A stretch of DNA of 64,000 bases from Nitrospirales bacterium (GTDB lineage: Bacteria > Nitrospirota > Nitrospiria > Nitrospirales > UBA8639): NCBI GenBank assembly GCA_963555755.3, contig OY820905.2, positions 2,688,001 through 2,752,000 on the forward strand, read 5' to 3'. The notes below the pieces were generated by a model. That model searched no databases and was not told the DNA's origin. It was given only the letters and a program-made list of their open reading frames with translations. This document shows positions 50,284 through 61,002 of the stretch, piece by piece. A program made the translations under genes and the position numbers. Within the stretch, counting starts at the first letter, position 1, and each line of letters starts with the position of its first letter.

Positions 50284-50451
50284 AGGGGCTGTTCAAAAAG
50301 CATGCCCTCGCGGAGGCGGGGGGGTGCGCTCAGCAAGGCCGCAGGCACTTTGGCGCGCGGAGGGTACGTGAGCACGACAAAGGGCCGAGAACGCCGCTGG
50401 CTTGTCTGCCGTAGCCTTGGCGAAGGCTGGCGCCCTTTTTCACCATTCCCT
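50284..50451. repeat. Family E repeat with two small inserted hairpins
   Basis: Inserts CATGCCCTCGCGGAGGCGGGGG and CTTGTCTGCCGTAGCCTTGGCGAAGG. Confidence 0.8.
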
Positions 50452-50543
50452 TCAGGTTGACACCGCAAGTTCTGGGTCATTACCATGATTGCTTAGATCT
50501 ATGTATTAGGAATCCAACGCACTTTAGGCTGAGGGACATCAAT

Positions 50544-51356
50544 ATGTTTGGTACAATGGGAATTTCTGAACTCGTCATTATTCTGGTGATCGTGTTAATC
50601 ATTTTTGGCGCCGGTCGGCTTCCCCAGATTGGGGAAGGGGTGGGGAAGGCGCTCAGGGGATTTAAAAAAGAAATCAGTGAAATTCCGCCTCCGGTTGAAG
50701 AGCAAAATCCTGTGGCCCCTTCTGAAACCCCAACACAAACACAGCCTGCGGCAGCGCCGAGTGCCCAGGAACCATCAGCCTCTCAACCCGTTGCTCAGCC
50801 CGCCACGCAACAACCCTATAAACCAGGACCTGAACGAACTCCCGGCACCTTAGCCGCTATGGTGTATAGCGGAATAGGTCCAGAGCCCGTCCAACCCGTT
50901 TCAGCGCAGCCAGAAGTTGCCCCAGCATCCACGTACGTTGAACAGCATGCACCGGTGAGTATGGAACAGCGAGCCTCGGGGACGGTTCCTCGCCAAACGG
51001 CTCAGTACCCCCCCATGCCAACCTCAGTCACGCCGACCCCAACCGGGAAACGCCCCTCAGCCGTGGTCAACAAAGAAGCTGTTGCACGAGTTCAAGCCCA
51101 ACAATCCGCCATAAAAGCCAAGACCGCTCAGACCAAGCCCAACATTGGGTCGCCAGAGGATTTACAAAGCCTCGGCGAGGGACTGGGCGGCGCCTTGCGA
51201 ACTTTCCGGGAAGCCACCGCTGATGTGCGTAATTCCATCGATCCAGAGATGCGGACGATTCAAGCCGAATTGGAAGCAGCGAAAAAGGAAGTCGAAGAAA
51301 CCATTGAGGTAGCGAAGCAGCCTCCTCTCCCCAAAGACCCACCGCCCTCGACCTAA
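50544..51356 (+). CDS. Extended TatA/E family protein
   Basis: MFGTMGISELVIILVIVLIIFGAGRLPQIGEGVGKALRGFKK N-terminus; 270 aa. Confidence 0.85.
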   Translation: MFGTMGISELVIILVIVLIIFGAGRLPQIGEGVGKALRGFKKEISEIPPPVEEQNPVAPSETPTQTQPAAAPSAQEPSASQPVAQPATQQPYKPGPERTPGTLAAMVYSGIGPEPVQPVSAQPEVAPASTYVEQHAPVSMEQRASGTVPRQTAQYPPMPTSVTPTPTGKRPSAVVNKEAVARVQAQQSAIKAKTAQTKPNIGSPEDLQSLGEGLGGALRTFREATADVRNSIDPEMRTIQAELEAAKKEVEETIEVAKQPPLPKDPPPST

Positions 51357-51424
51357 ATTCCGTTAATTATAGCTACTTCAATTAACTACCGCACTCTCTG
51401 CTGATGGTGGAAGAACCATAGATT

Positions 51425-51533
51425 AAATCCGAAGCTCGAATATCAAAATCCGAAACAATTGAGAATGACCAAATTGAAACATTCGCATTTAGGATTTTGG
51501 GCTTGTTTCGAAATTCGATATTCGTATTTCGAG
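51425..51533. repeat. Degenerate 7-mer inverted-arm repeat
   Basis: AAATCCGAA/CTCGAATAT arms and inverted TTCGATATTCG; related to 56629-56841. Confidence 0.65.
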
Positions 51534-51536
51534 TGT

Positions 51537-52367
51537 ATGACATTTATTTGGAATGGCTATACACGGCGCAGGCAGGCTTTACTACCCTACATAACCCTTG
51601 TGTTTGTGCTGATGGTGATCGGTGTGGGCTGTCAGGCAGACTCCACTCGAAACGATCCTCTGACGTTAACCGCCGCGTTAGTGGAATTGCTTCAGGATCC
51701 CTCTCCAGACGTCCGGCGAACCGCGGCGCTGTCTCTTGGGAAAATTGGGCATTCCGCAGGAACACAGGGATTGGCCAAGGCAATATCTGATCCAGATCCT
51801 TTAGTTCGAGAATATAGTGCCTGGGCTCTTGGCCAAATCGGAGAAGAAATCAATACGGATGCAGCCCTCGCAGTCGTATCTGCCTTGGGAGACGAGCACC
51901 CAGCGGTCAAACAAGCAGCAGCGAAAGCATTAGGAAATATCGGAATACGAAGGTCTATGATTCCTTTGCTCATCGAAGGATTGAAAGTCGGCGAAGTCCA
52001 GAGCCGCCGTGCGGTGGTCGATGCGCTCATGCACCTGGAAGGGAAAAATGCGTACTCCGCACTCCTTGCTGTTTTGGACGACCCTGACCCCAACGTTCGG
52101 CAAGGAGCCATTGCCGCCTTAGGAGAATTAGGTGACCGACATGCACTTCCCCTGTTTCGAAAAAGCTTGTTGAGTGATCCAAATGTGGGAGTACGAACCG
52201 AAGCGGCTTATCGGCTTGGAAAACTGGGTGGCCCCACTGACCTTCATTCCCTACAAAAAGCCGCCAAGCAGGATACCGCCCCCATTGTTCATTTGTGGGC
52301 CACCTGGGCTATCAACAATATTACTCCTGTTCCCGAAGCGGCAGGGTTGAAATCTGCTGAGAATTGA
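51537..52367 (+). CDS. HEAT/PBS-lyase repeat lipoprotein
   Basis: Repeated L.DPDP.VR..AA.ALG.IG units; lipobox-like GVGC. Confidence 0.88.
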   Translation: MTFIWNGYTRRRQALLPYITLVFVLMVIGVGCQADSTRNDPLTLTAALVELLQDPSPDVRRTAALSLGKIGHSAGTQGLAKAISDPDPLVREYSAWALGQIGEEINTDAALAVVSALGDEHPAVKQAAAKALGNIGIRRSMIPLLIEGLKVGEVQSRRAVVDALMHLEGKNAYSALLAVLDDPDPNVRQGAIAALGELGDRHALPLFRKSLLSDPNVGVRTEAAYRLGKLGGPTDLHSLQKAAKQDTAPIVHLWATWAINNITPVPEAAGLKSAEN

Positions 52368-52397
52368 GAGGAAGAGGGTTTCTAGGTTAAAAGGTTA

Positions 52398-52538
52398 GTA
52401 ACTACTCAGGTTGCTTCAATTTTGGCTCAGGACAAGGCGCGAGGAGCGCAGAACCGGAGCGTATGTGGGAATACGTGAGGATTTGAGCACCACAGCAACG
52501 CCGTCATGAGCCAAAAGGGAAGTGACCTGAGTAGTTAC
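52398..52538. mobile_element. MITE family H (IS66-type ends)
   Basis: TIR GTAACTACTCAGGT; 8-bp target duplication AAAGGTTA at 52390-52397 and 52539-52546. Confidence 0.92.
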
Positions 52539-52589
52539 AAAGGTTAAAGGTAGGAGGGGAATTTTGTCCCCATTATTCTCTTACAGGGC

Positions 52590-53261
52590 CTAAGAAAAAT
52601 TCTCGTTTCTGAGGGCAGCAAGCTGAGGGATCATTTCTTTCTCATAACAGGCGGGACAAATCCCGTGACTAAACTTCACTTCGGAATGGTTCCCTATGTA
52701 CTCCTCAACCTGCTGCCAATAATTCCCATCGTCTCGAATCTTTTTACAATACGAACAAATCGGCAACAGCCCTTGCAATTGTTTAATCTGACCGAGCGCC
52801 TGCTCTAATTCGTCCACGCGATGGGTGAGCTTTTCTTGAAGGTCGAGTACGCGAAATCCTACTCGCACCCGTGCTCGTAATTCTTCCGCATCAAACGGCT
52901 TGATCATGTAATCATCGGCCCCGGCTTCCAATCCTTTGACCACATCCTGGCATTCAGCTTTGGATGTCACAAGAATCAGATACCGAGTCCTTCCGTCATT
53001 GGCACCCTTCAGGTCACGGCATAATTGGACCCCATCCAAGCCGGGCATCATCCAATCCAAGATCGCCAGGCGTGGGGCATTGGGGTCTTGCAACACATCC
53101 CAAGCTTGCAGACCGTCTTTGGCTTCCACCACCTGATTCCCGCCTCGGGCCAAGGCTGCCACCACTATTCGGCGTGATATCGTGTCGTCCTCTGCAACCA
53201 GGACGCTTCTCAAGGTCGGGACTTGCACCCCCCAGTCTACTCCTTCTCCACTTTTACTCAT
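52590..53261 (-). CDS. Response regulator with Cys/His-rich C-terminal domain
   Basis: VAEDD, LDWMMP and KPF; tail LPICSYCKKIRD..W..SHGICPAC. Confidence 0.88.
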   Translation of the reverse strand: MSKSGEGVDWGVQVPTLRSVLVAEDDTISRRIVVAALARGGNQVVEAKDGLQAWDVLQDPNAPRLAILDWMMPGLDGVQLCRDLKGANDGRTRYLILVTSKAECQDVVKGLEAGADDYMIKPFDAEELRARVRVGFRVLDLQEKLTHRVDELEQALGQIKQLQGLLPICSYCKKIRDDGNYWQQVEEYIGNHSEVKFSHGICPACYEKEMIPQLAALRNENFS

Positions 53262-53330
53262 GGGTGCAGTCTCTTTTTGATTCTCACCGAATTGGGATAT
53301 ATTGATGTCCCCAGATACATGGGGCAGCGC

Positions 53331-53726
53331 TCAAGAACACGATACGGGAATGGGATCAGTTTGGGTTAAGACCTTCCGCACGGCTAGGAGCATGTCCCCG
53401 AGTTCAAACGGTTTGGGAAGCGTCCACCGTGCACCCAATTTTTTGGTGAATTCTAACGAGGTAAAGCCCAACGACCCAGTATACCCAGACATGGTAATGA
53501 ACTTCAGGGTCGGAAAGTCCTGGACAAGTTCTCGGATCATGGTAATTCCGCTTTTTTCCGGCATCACCAGATCGCAAATAATCAAATCCGCGGGTCGCGA
53601 TCGGAAGAGTTCGACTCCCTCGGCGCCATTGACAGACTCGAGGACCGTGTGGCCCGCTGATTCGAGGGCTTCGCGCAAAAACCCTCGAATTTGCCGGTCA
53701 TCGTCTATGATGAGAATAGTGGCCAT
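53331..53726 (-). CDS. Single-domain response regulator
   Basis: IIDDD, CDLVMP, MSG and KPF motifs. Confidence 0.88.
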   Translation of the reverse strand: MATILIIDDDRQIRGFLREALESAGHTVLESVNGAEGVELFRSRPADLIICDLVMPEKSGITMIRELVQDFPTLKFITMSGYTGSLGFTSLEFTKKLGARWTLPKPFELGDMLLAVRKVLTQTDPIPVSCS

Positions 53727-53755
53727 GTTTCAATTAGTCCTCTCAATTGGACATC

Positions 53756-54100
53756 TTAGGCCATGACTGGTGATCGGGCCGCCTCTTGAATGCTTGGGTA
53801 CATGGGAATAATTTTTTGAAGGTTCGCAAGCTCAAACATTCTCTTCACATAGTCCTGAGGATTGGCAATACTGACCCGTGCATTTTTCAGTTTCAGATTC
53901 TGATGAGCTAGAGCCAATAATCCAAGGGCGGCGCTATCAACAAACGGCACATGTTGAAAATTCAAGATCACATGAGCCACAGGTCCCTCTTGGACCTTCC
54001 TCAACGAATCCGTGAAGACTTTCCGTCCCATAAATTCAAATCGTCCGGAAATATTCAGAACGGTAGCACCATCCAGGGATTCCTGTGTGACTGTCAACAT
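53756..54100 (-). CDS. STAS-domain anti-sigma factor antagonist
   Basis: VPFVDSAALGLL phospho-Ser motif. Confidence 0.88.
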   Translation of the reverse strand: MLTVTQESLDGATVLNISGRFEFMGRKVFTDSLRKVQEGPVAHVILNFQHVPFVDSAALGLLALAHQNLKLKNARVSIANPQDYVKRMFELANLQKIIPMYPSIQEAARSPVMA

Positions 54101-54382
54101 AGAGTTTCCTCTCGAATGCAAAGCCTCAATGAACTTCGAAGATGGTATTTGGCCCGCCGTGGCCAATTTTCACATCCCCTTTCTTGCTAGTTCGGTTCTT
54201 TCCCTTTCTTTCTGAAGTACTTGTTCAGTATTTTTTGAGGTTTTGATAATTTTTCTGACCCCGCCCCACGATGGTTCACAGCACAGGGATCAAAAAAATG
54301 AGGGAAGCATCCAGAATGGATTTCAGAGGAGAGGAGGGAGCAAATACTCTCGTCGAGTCAAAACAATGACGGGAGCGGATAA

Positions 54383-54539
54383 GGGCTCGCGCAAGAATAA
54401 TTTCCCATGTTTGGGCGTCGATCCATCCCGCCTGGCGGCGTGGCTCGTCCTTTCCATACGAGGAGTATGCGCAGTCCTCGCGCCTTGCCAGACAGGTGTC
54501 TCAGCACCCAAACATGGAAAGTTATTCTTGCGCGAGCCC
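54383..54539. mobile_element. MITE family C
   Basis: TIR GGGCTCGCGCAAGAATAA; TAA duplication; same 157-bp length as 19324-19480. Confidence 0.9.
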
Positions 54540-54544
54540 TAAGG

Positions 54545-56545
54545 TTATTCAGGTTTGATATCAACCAGAAATCCGATGGCTTTACGAATGTTATCGGAGG
54601 ATCCTAAGAGGGCCAAGACGTCTCCAACCTCCAGCCTGGACTTGTTTGAAGGATTGGATTGGGTCACCCCTGCCTTCATGAGTGCGATGACGGAGGCCCC
54701 TGTTCGTTGGCGAATTGCGAGTTCCCCCAGAGATTTCCCGAGAGCAGGTGAATCTTCATCAATTCGGCATGTTTCGACTTCGACGTCAACTAAGGTGCCC
54801 GCCCGCAGATGATGAGCCAATTCCGGGAGCTCGCCACGCCGTAACAGAGCATACCCTTCCCGACGAATCTGTTCAGCCTTTTCCAGGATCACCTGCTTGG
54901 GCAATTTGTAGGTTTGAAGCACCAACGTGGATATTTCGATGGAGGTTTCAAACTCTTCAGGAATAATTTCGTTGGCCCCGAGTTGCCGAAGCTCTTCCAA
55001 TTCTTTCAAATACCTGGTGCGCACGACGATATGCACCGTCGGATTGAGCTCTCTTGCTAGTTGAACGATCCGCCTGGCTCCAAAGGGATCAGATGTGGCC
55101 ACGACCAGAACCTTGGCATATTCGATTTGTACATGTCGGAGGACCGTGGGATTAGTGGCATCTCCGTATTGAATGGGGACCCCCGTTCCCAATTCCATCT
55201 GTACGACATCCCCACGAATCTCCAGAACCATATAGGGCAGCTCAAACTCTTCTAGAACTTTTGCCAGATTTCTTCCATTGAGCCCAAATCCCACAATGAT
55301 CACATGATCTTTCAGTTTGAGTTGAGAGGATTCGGTACGATGCGTGATTCGACCAGGAAACCATTGATGAAGGCGCTGAATGGCTTCGGTTCGACGAGCA
55401 AGTTTCGGAGCCCATTGAATGAAAAACGGAGTAATGATCATGGTGATCACGGAGACCGCGAGAAATACGTTATAGGTCTCCTGATAGAGAATGCCGACTT
55501 TGAGTCCCTCTTGCGCCAAAATAAAGGCAAACTCTCCCACTTGCGCTAAGCCAACCCCTGCGAGGACAGCCGGGCGAAGAGGGACCCCAGCCGCAAGCAC
55601 TGCCCCAGCCCCCGTGACAAATTTTCCGATGAAGACCGTTGCGACCATCATCAGGATCAGGAAAGGATGTTCAAATAGCACACGAGGATCCATCAACATC
55701 CCAATCGACACGAAAAACAGGCTGTTAAAGCTATCACGGAATGGCAGTACTTCTGCTAAGGCCTGATGGCTATACTCCGATTCTGAGATTAGCAGTCCGG
55801 CAATAAACGCCCCCAAGGCGAGTGATAATCCCACGAGCGAGGTCAGCCACGCTGTTCCCAACCCCAACACTACGACCGTCAGCAGAAAGAGTTCTCGGCT
55901 TCTGGTGCGAACGATGTGGGTCAGAAGCCAGGGAACAAAGAATCGAGCGGCAATGACAACGGTTGTGACCAAAGCGAGTGATTGAACGAGCGTCCAGAGA
56001 ATCTGCCCCATGCCCTCCACTCCCTCCTGATCACTTAAGAAGGGGGTCATGAGCATCATGGGAACGACAGCGAGGTCTTGAAAAATTAAAATTCCAATGG
56101 TAGAGCGTCCATGCAGTGTGTCATTTTCCCTGCGTTCCGCAAGAGATTTGAGGACGATTGCCGTACTACTGAGCGAGAGGAGCATGCCCCAAAAAATCGC
56201 GGTCTTCATGGACAACCCAAAGCCCAACCCGCCCACCATGACCAACAACAGCACACCAAAGACTTGAGCAGGCCCGGCAATGAGTAGTACTGACTTTGAG
56301 GATTTGAGTTGGGCTAAGGAAAATTCCAGACCGATGGTAAATAACAGGAGAATCACGCCAACCTCAGCCAGGACTTGGACTTGCTCTCGATCTGAGATGA
56401 GGTTCAGGCCGTATGGGCCGACTAACGTCCCGGCGACCAGAAAGCCGGCAATAGAGGGCAAGTGGAGTTTCTGGAATAAAAACACCACGCCAACCGAAAC
56501 CGTAAAAATAACAATGATATCTCGTAAGATGCTGCTGTCTTCCAT
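54545..56545 (-). CDS. CPA2/Kef-type cation:proton antiporter with TrkA-N and TrkA-C domains
   Basis: LSSTAIV, ILIFQDL, LAQVGEF, IVGFGLNG and YGDAT motifs. Confidence 0.93.
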   Translation of the reverse strand: MEDSSILRDIIVIFTVSVGVVFLFQKLHLPSIAGFLVAGTLVGPYGLNLISDREQVQVLAEVGVILLLFTIGLEFSLAQLKSSKSVLLIAGPAQVFGVLLLVMVGGLGFGLSMKTAIFWGMLLSLSSTAIVLKSLAERRENDTLHGRSTIGILIFQDLAVVPMMLMTPFLSDQEGVEGMGQILWTLVQSLALVTTVVIAARFFVPWLLTHIVRTRSRELFLLTVVVLGLGTAWLTSLVGLSLALGAFIAGLLISESEYSHQALAEVLPFRDSFNSLFFVSIGMLMDPRVLFEHPFLILMMVATVFIGKFVTGAGAVLAAGVPLRPAVLAGVGLAQVGEFAFILAQEGLKVGILYQETYNVFLAVSVITMIITPFFIQWAPKLARRTEAIQRLHQWFPGRITHRTESSQLKLKDHVIIVGFGLNGRNLAKVLEEFELPYMVLEIRGDVVQMELGTGVPIQYGDATNPTVLRHVQIEYAKVLVVATSDPFGARRIVQLARELNPTVHIVVRTRYLKELEELRQLGANEIIPEEFETSIEISTLVLQTYKLPKQVILEKAEQIRREGYALLRRGELPELAHHLRAGTLVDVEVETCRIDEDSPALGKSLGELAIRQRTGASVIALMKAGVTQSNPSNKSRLEVGDVLALLGSSDNIRKAIGFLVDIKPE

Positions 56546-56628
56546 GACAAGTCTGGGGAAAGGATAAGAATTTTGTCCGGTACTATACCTGACTCCCTAC
56601 AATGACAAAAGCAGAGATATCGGAGGCC

Positions 56629-56841
56629 AAATCCGAAACTCGAATATCGAAATCCGAAACACACCTGAAATAAATCCGAAATCCGAATCTCGAAATCCGA
56701 AAAACATTCAAATGACTAATACCAAAAATGCTCGAAACAGTCAGTACGGCTTTTTTGCGCCCAACTGCCGTTTCTAGGTTGAAACATTCGAGTGTATGAT
56801 TTCGGATGTGTTTCGGATTTCGAGATTCGGATTTCGAATTT
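56629..56841. repeat. Degenerate 7-mer inverted-arm repeat with a MITE D end fragment (56746-56779)
   Basis: (AAATCCG)-type arms inverted to (CGGATTT); 34 bp match the reverse complement of 19241-19274. Confidence 0.75.
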
Positions 56842-56863
56842 AAGACACGGAGTAGGGAGGTCA

Positions 56864-57490
56864 TTACGAGGCTGACATATCACGAAACAGCCATGGTGCT
56901 TCAGCCTTTCTCCGTTGTTCGTAGGCGGTGATGGCCGCTTCCTGTTTTAGGGTCAATCCGATCGCGTCGAGGCCTTCCATCAGACAATTCTTTCGAAATG
57001 GATCGATTGAAAAGTGAAAAAGGAAGCCTGCAGGTGTGGCCACTGTTTGGTTGAGAAGGTCAATAGTCAGTTGCACGGTCTCTTCACTCGTCACCGCATC
57101 AAAAAGTTGCTGGATTTCTTCCGCTTGAAGCGTGACAGGCAACATACCGTTTTGAAAACAGTTGTTATAAAAAATATCCGCAAAACTCGGAGCCAGAAGG
57201 GATCGAATACCATAATCCAACAGTGCCCAAGGAGCATGTTCCCGTGACGACCCGCATCCAAAGTTGTCACGCGTGAGCAAAATCGTGGCATGTTCATATC
57301 GGGGCTGGTTCATGAAGAAATCAGGGTCTGGTGTATCGTTGGCCTGCATTTTCCAATCGACGAATAGACCCGTTTTGAGTCCGGTCCGATGAATAGTCTT
57401 CAAATATTGCTTGGGAATAATTTGGTCAGTATCGACATTGACCCGATCAAGCGGAGCAACAATGCCCGTCAAAGTGGTAAACGGTTCCAT
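56864..57490 (-). CDS. leuD: 3-isopropylmalate dehydratase small subunit
   Basis: NVDTDQIIPKQ; NFGCGSSREHAPWAL. Confidence 0.97.
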   Translation of the reverse strand: MEPFTTLTGIVAPLDRVNVDTDQIIPKQYLKTIHRTGLKTGLFVDWKMQANDTPDPDFFMNQPRYEHATILLTRDNFGCGSSREHAPWALLDYGIRSLLAPSFADIFYNNCFQNGMLPVTLQAEEIQQLFDAVTSEETVQLTIDLLNQTVATPAGFLFHFSIDPFRKNCLMEGLDAIGLTLKQEAAITAYEQRRKAEAPWLFRDMSAS

Positions 57491-57603
57491 GAGACTCCTC
57501 AGTAATTAGGTATGTCCAAAGAGTGATGAGTCAGGAGAAAAATTCTTTCTTCACGCTTCATAAAAATGAGCCTGTCGAATAATTCAAAATTCGCAAAAGC
57601 GGG

Positions 57604-57724
57604 AGGGGCTGTTGAAAAAGGTCTCCAGCAAGGCCGCAGGGCCTTTGGCGCGCGGAGCGTACTCTCGTACGTGAGCACGACAAAGGACCGAGAACGCCGC
57701 TGGTGGCCTTTTTCAACAGCCCCT
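57604..57724. repeat. Family E repeat abutting the leuC stop
   Basis: AGGGGCTGTTGAAAAAGG..CCTTTTTCAACAGCCCCT. Confidence 0.85.
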
Positions 57725-59127
57725 TAGGACCAATGGCGAATATCGACAAAATGTCCAGCAATCGCCGCCGCGGCAGCCATGGCTGGGGAGACAAGGTGCG
57801 TACGACCACCCTTACCTTGACGGCCTTCAAAATTACGATTGCTGGTTGAGGCGCAACGCTCACCTGGTTGTAGCACATCGGCATTCATAGCCAGGCACAT
57901 ACTACACCCGGCATCACGCCATTCCGCGCCAGCAGAACGAAACACTTCATCCAATCCTTCTTCTTCAGCTTGTTTTTTTACGAGGCCTGAACCCGGCACG
58001 ACCATGGTGTGAACACCGTCTGCTACTTTTCTCCCTTTGAAGTACGATGCGGCCACGCGTAAATCCTCGATTCGCGCGTTGGTACACGACCCAATAAACA
58101 CCCGATCAATTGTTAGCTTTTCTATGGGGGTTCCCGGTGTCAGAGCCATATAATCCAACGCCCGTTGAATCGAATTTCGCGTCTCACCTTCCGGATAGGA
58201 ACGGGGATCGGGAATCACTTCATTGACACCGCTGACCATACCCGGGTTCGTTCCCCAGGATACTTGTGGAGGAATCTCTTCAGCCTGGAGACAAATGGTC
58301 TGATCATATGATGCACCCGGATCGGTTGTTAAGCTGGCCCACGCTTGTACCGCTTGATCAAATAATGCCCCTTGGGGAGACAAGGGCCGTCCTCGCACAT
58401 AGGCAACCGTGGTTTCATCAGGAGCGACCATGCCAGCCCGTGCGCCACCCTCGATAGACATATTACACAAGGTCATCCGGCCTTCCATGGTCAGAGCACG
58501 AACCGCTGATCCCGTGTATTCGATCACGTACCCAGTCCCGCCTGATGTGCCGATCTTGCCAATAATGGCCAAAATCATATCCTTCGCGGAACACTGTGGT
58601 GGCAACGTGCCATCGACCCGAATCTCCATGGTCTTGGGACGTTTTTGCACCAAACATTGGGTGGCCAACACATGCTCGACCTCACTGGTGCCAATGCCAA
58701 ACGCCAAAGCCCCAAATGCTCCATGCGTGGAGGTGTGTGAATCACCGCACACAATCGTCATCCCAGGCAAGGTCAGGCCCTGTTCCGGTCCAATCACATG
58801 CACAATACCTTGGCGGATATCGTCCATTGTAAAAATGGAAATTTTGGAGTCCTGGCAATTTTGTTCTAGCGTCTGGATTTGAATACGGCTCATGGGGTCA
58901 GCAATGCCCAAACCTCGGTCCGTGGTCGGGACATTATGGTCTGGAACCGCTAGCACGGCTGTCGGACGTCGAGGCGTGCGCCCGGCAAGTTTTAATCCCT
59001 CAAAAGCCTGAGGGGAGGTGACTTCATGAACCAAGTGGCGATCAATATAAAGAAGAGTCGTGCCATCAGCCTCCTCATGAACGACATGTGTTTCCCAAAT
59101 CTTATCAAAGAGGGTCTTTGCGGGCAT
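57724..59127 (-). CDS. leuC: 3-isopropylmalate dehydratase large subunit
   Basis: [42 protein letters not shown]. Confidence 0.98.
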   Translation of the reverse strand: MPAKTLFDKIWETHVVHEEADGTTLLYIDRHLVHEVTSPQAFEGLKLAGRTPRRPTAVLAVPDHNVPTTDRGLGIADPMSRIQIQTLEQNCQDSKISIFTMDDIRQGIVHVIGPEQGLTLPGMTIVCGDSHTSTHGAFGALAFGIGTSEVEHVLATQCLVQKRPKTMEIRVDGTLPPQCSAKDMILAIIGKIGTSGGTGYVIEYTGSAVRALTMEGRMTLCNMSIEGGARAGMVAPDETTVAYVRGRPLSPQGALFDQAVQAWASLTTDPGASYDQTICLQAEEIPPQVSWGTNPGMVSGVNEVIPDPRSYPEGETRNSIQRALDYMALTPGTPIEKLTIDRVFIGSCTNARIEDLRVAASYFKGRKVADGVHTMVVPGSGLVKKQAEEEGLDEVFRSAGAEWRDAGCSMCLAMNADVLQPGERCASTSNRNFEGRQGKGGRTHLVSPAMAAAAAIAGHFVDIRHWS

Positions 59128-59269
59128 CCCTAGCTCCTGTAGTAAATTGAAGGACCAATATCATGCGCCGAATGAATTCCGCCTTGCAACCCCATGATGC
59201 CTGGGTTAGCTGGGCTGAAGGGTCAGTCGTCAACCAAACAGTCTGGAGTACAAAATGTTGAATGGCTCA

Positions 59270-59479
59270 GGTTCAGGGTTCAGGGTTCAGGGTTCAGGGT
59301 TCAGGGTTCACGGTTCAGGGTTCACGGTTCAGGGTTCACGGTTCAGGGTTCACGGTTCAGGGTTCACGGTTCAGGGTTCACGGTTCAGGGTTCACGGTTC
59401 AGGGTTCACGGTTCAGGGTTCAGGGTTCACGGTTCAGGGTTCACGGTTCAGGGTTCACGGTTCAGGGTTCAGGGTTCAG
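59270..59479 (+). repeat. Tandem heptamer array (GGTTCA[G/C]) x30
   Basis: 210 bp of exact 7-mers; degenerate inverted arm at about 59537-59567. Confidence 0.95.
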
Positions 59480-59926
59480 GGTTGGTTCTATTGCCACACA
59501 TCAATATTTTTAAACCCTTCAATCTTTACTCTATTCCTAAACCGGGAACCCTGAACCTGCCAACCTGCGTCGTTATCAAATTTTTGCCCCCCCCCCTTTT
59601 CATAAGACCCCGAGCGAGGTAACTTGGTAGGTGACAGAGGATTTGCTATACTTTTTGAAAGGTTTCGTTTACATTTCATGGTTTAGGGTTTGACCATTGA
59701 CGGAAAAACTCCTTTTCCGTCGAGGACTTATGTTACAAAGAGATCTCGTCTTCTTTGAGCAGACCCACCTCCGTCCCAGGATGTGACCCTCAAGCCAATT
59801 GGCCAATCGGCCAATCAGATAGTATGTCTTTCTTGTGATGTGGCAAAAGTAATTGAAAAACAGCATCCGTTTGAGCAAAACCGGGTCCCTCGATCATGCA
59901 ATCGATCATGTCAAGAGTCGTCCTGA

Positions 59927-60991
<1,065 letters not shown>

Positions 60992-61002
60992 AGGACACAT
61001 GT

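Noticed and set aside
59270..59479. CRISPR array
   Set aside because: Contiguous 7-mers without spacers; no repeat-spacer array or cas gene seen in the window
59194..59622. ORFs encoding GSGFRVQ/GSRFRVH repeats
   Set aside because: All frames are open only because the heptamer array lacks stops
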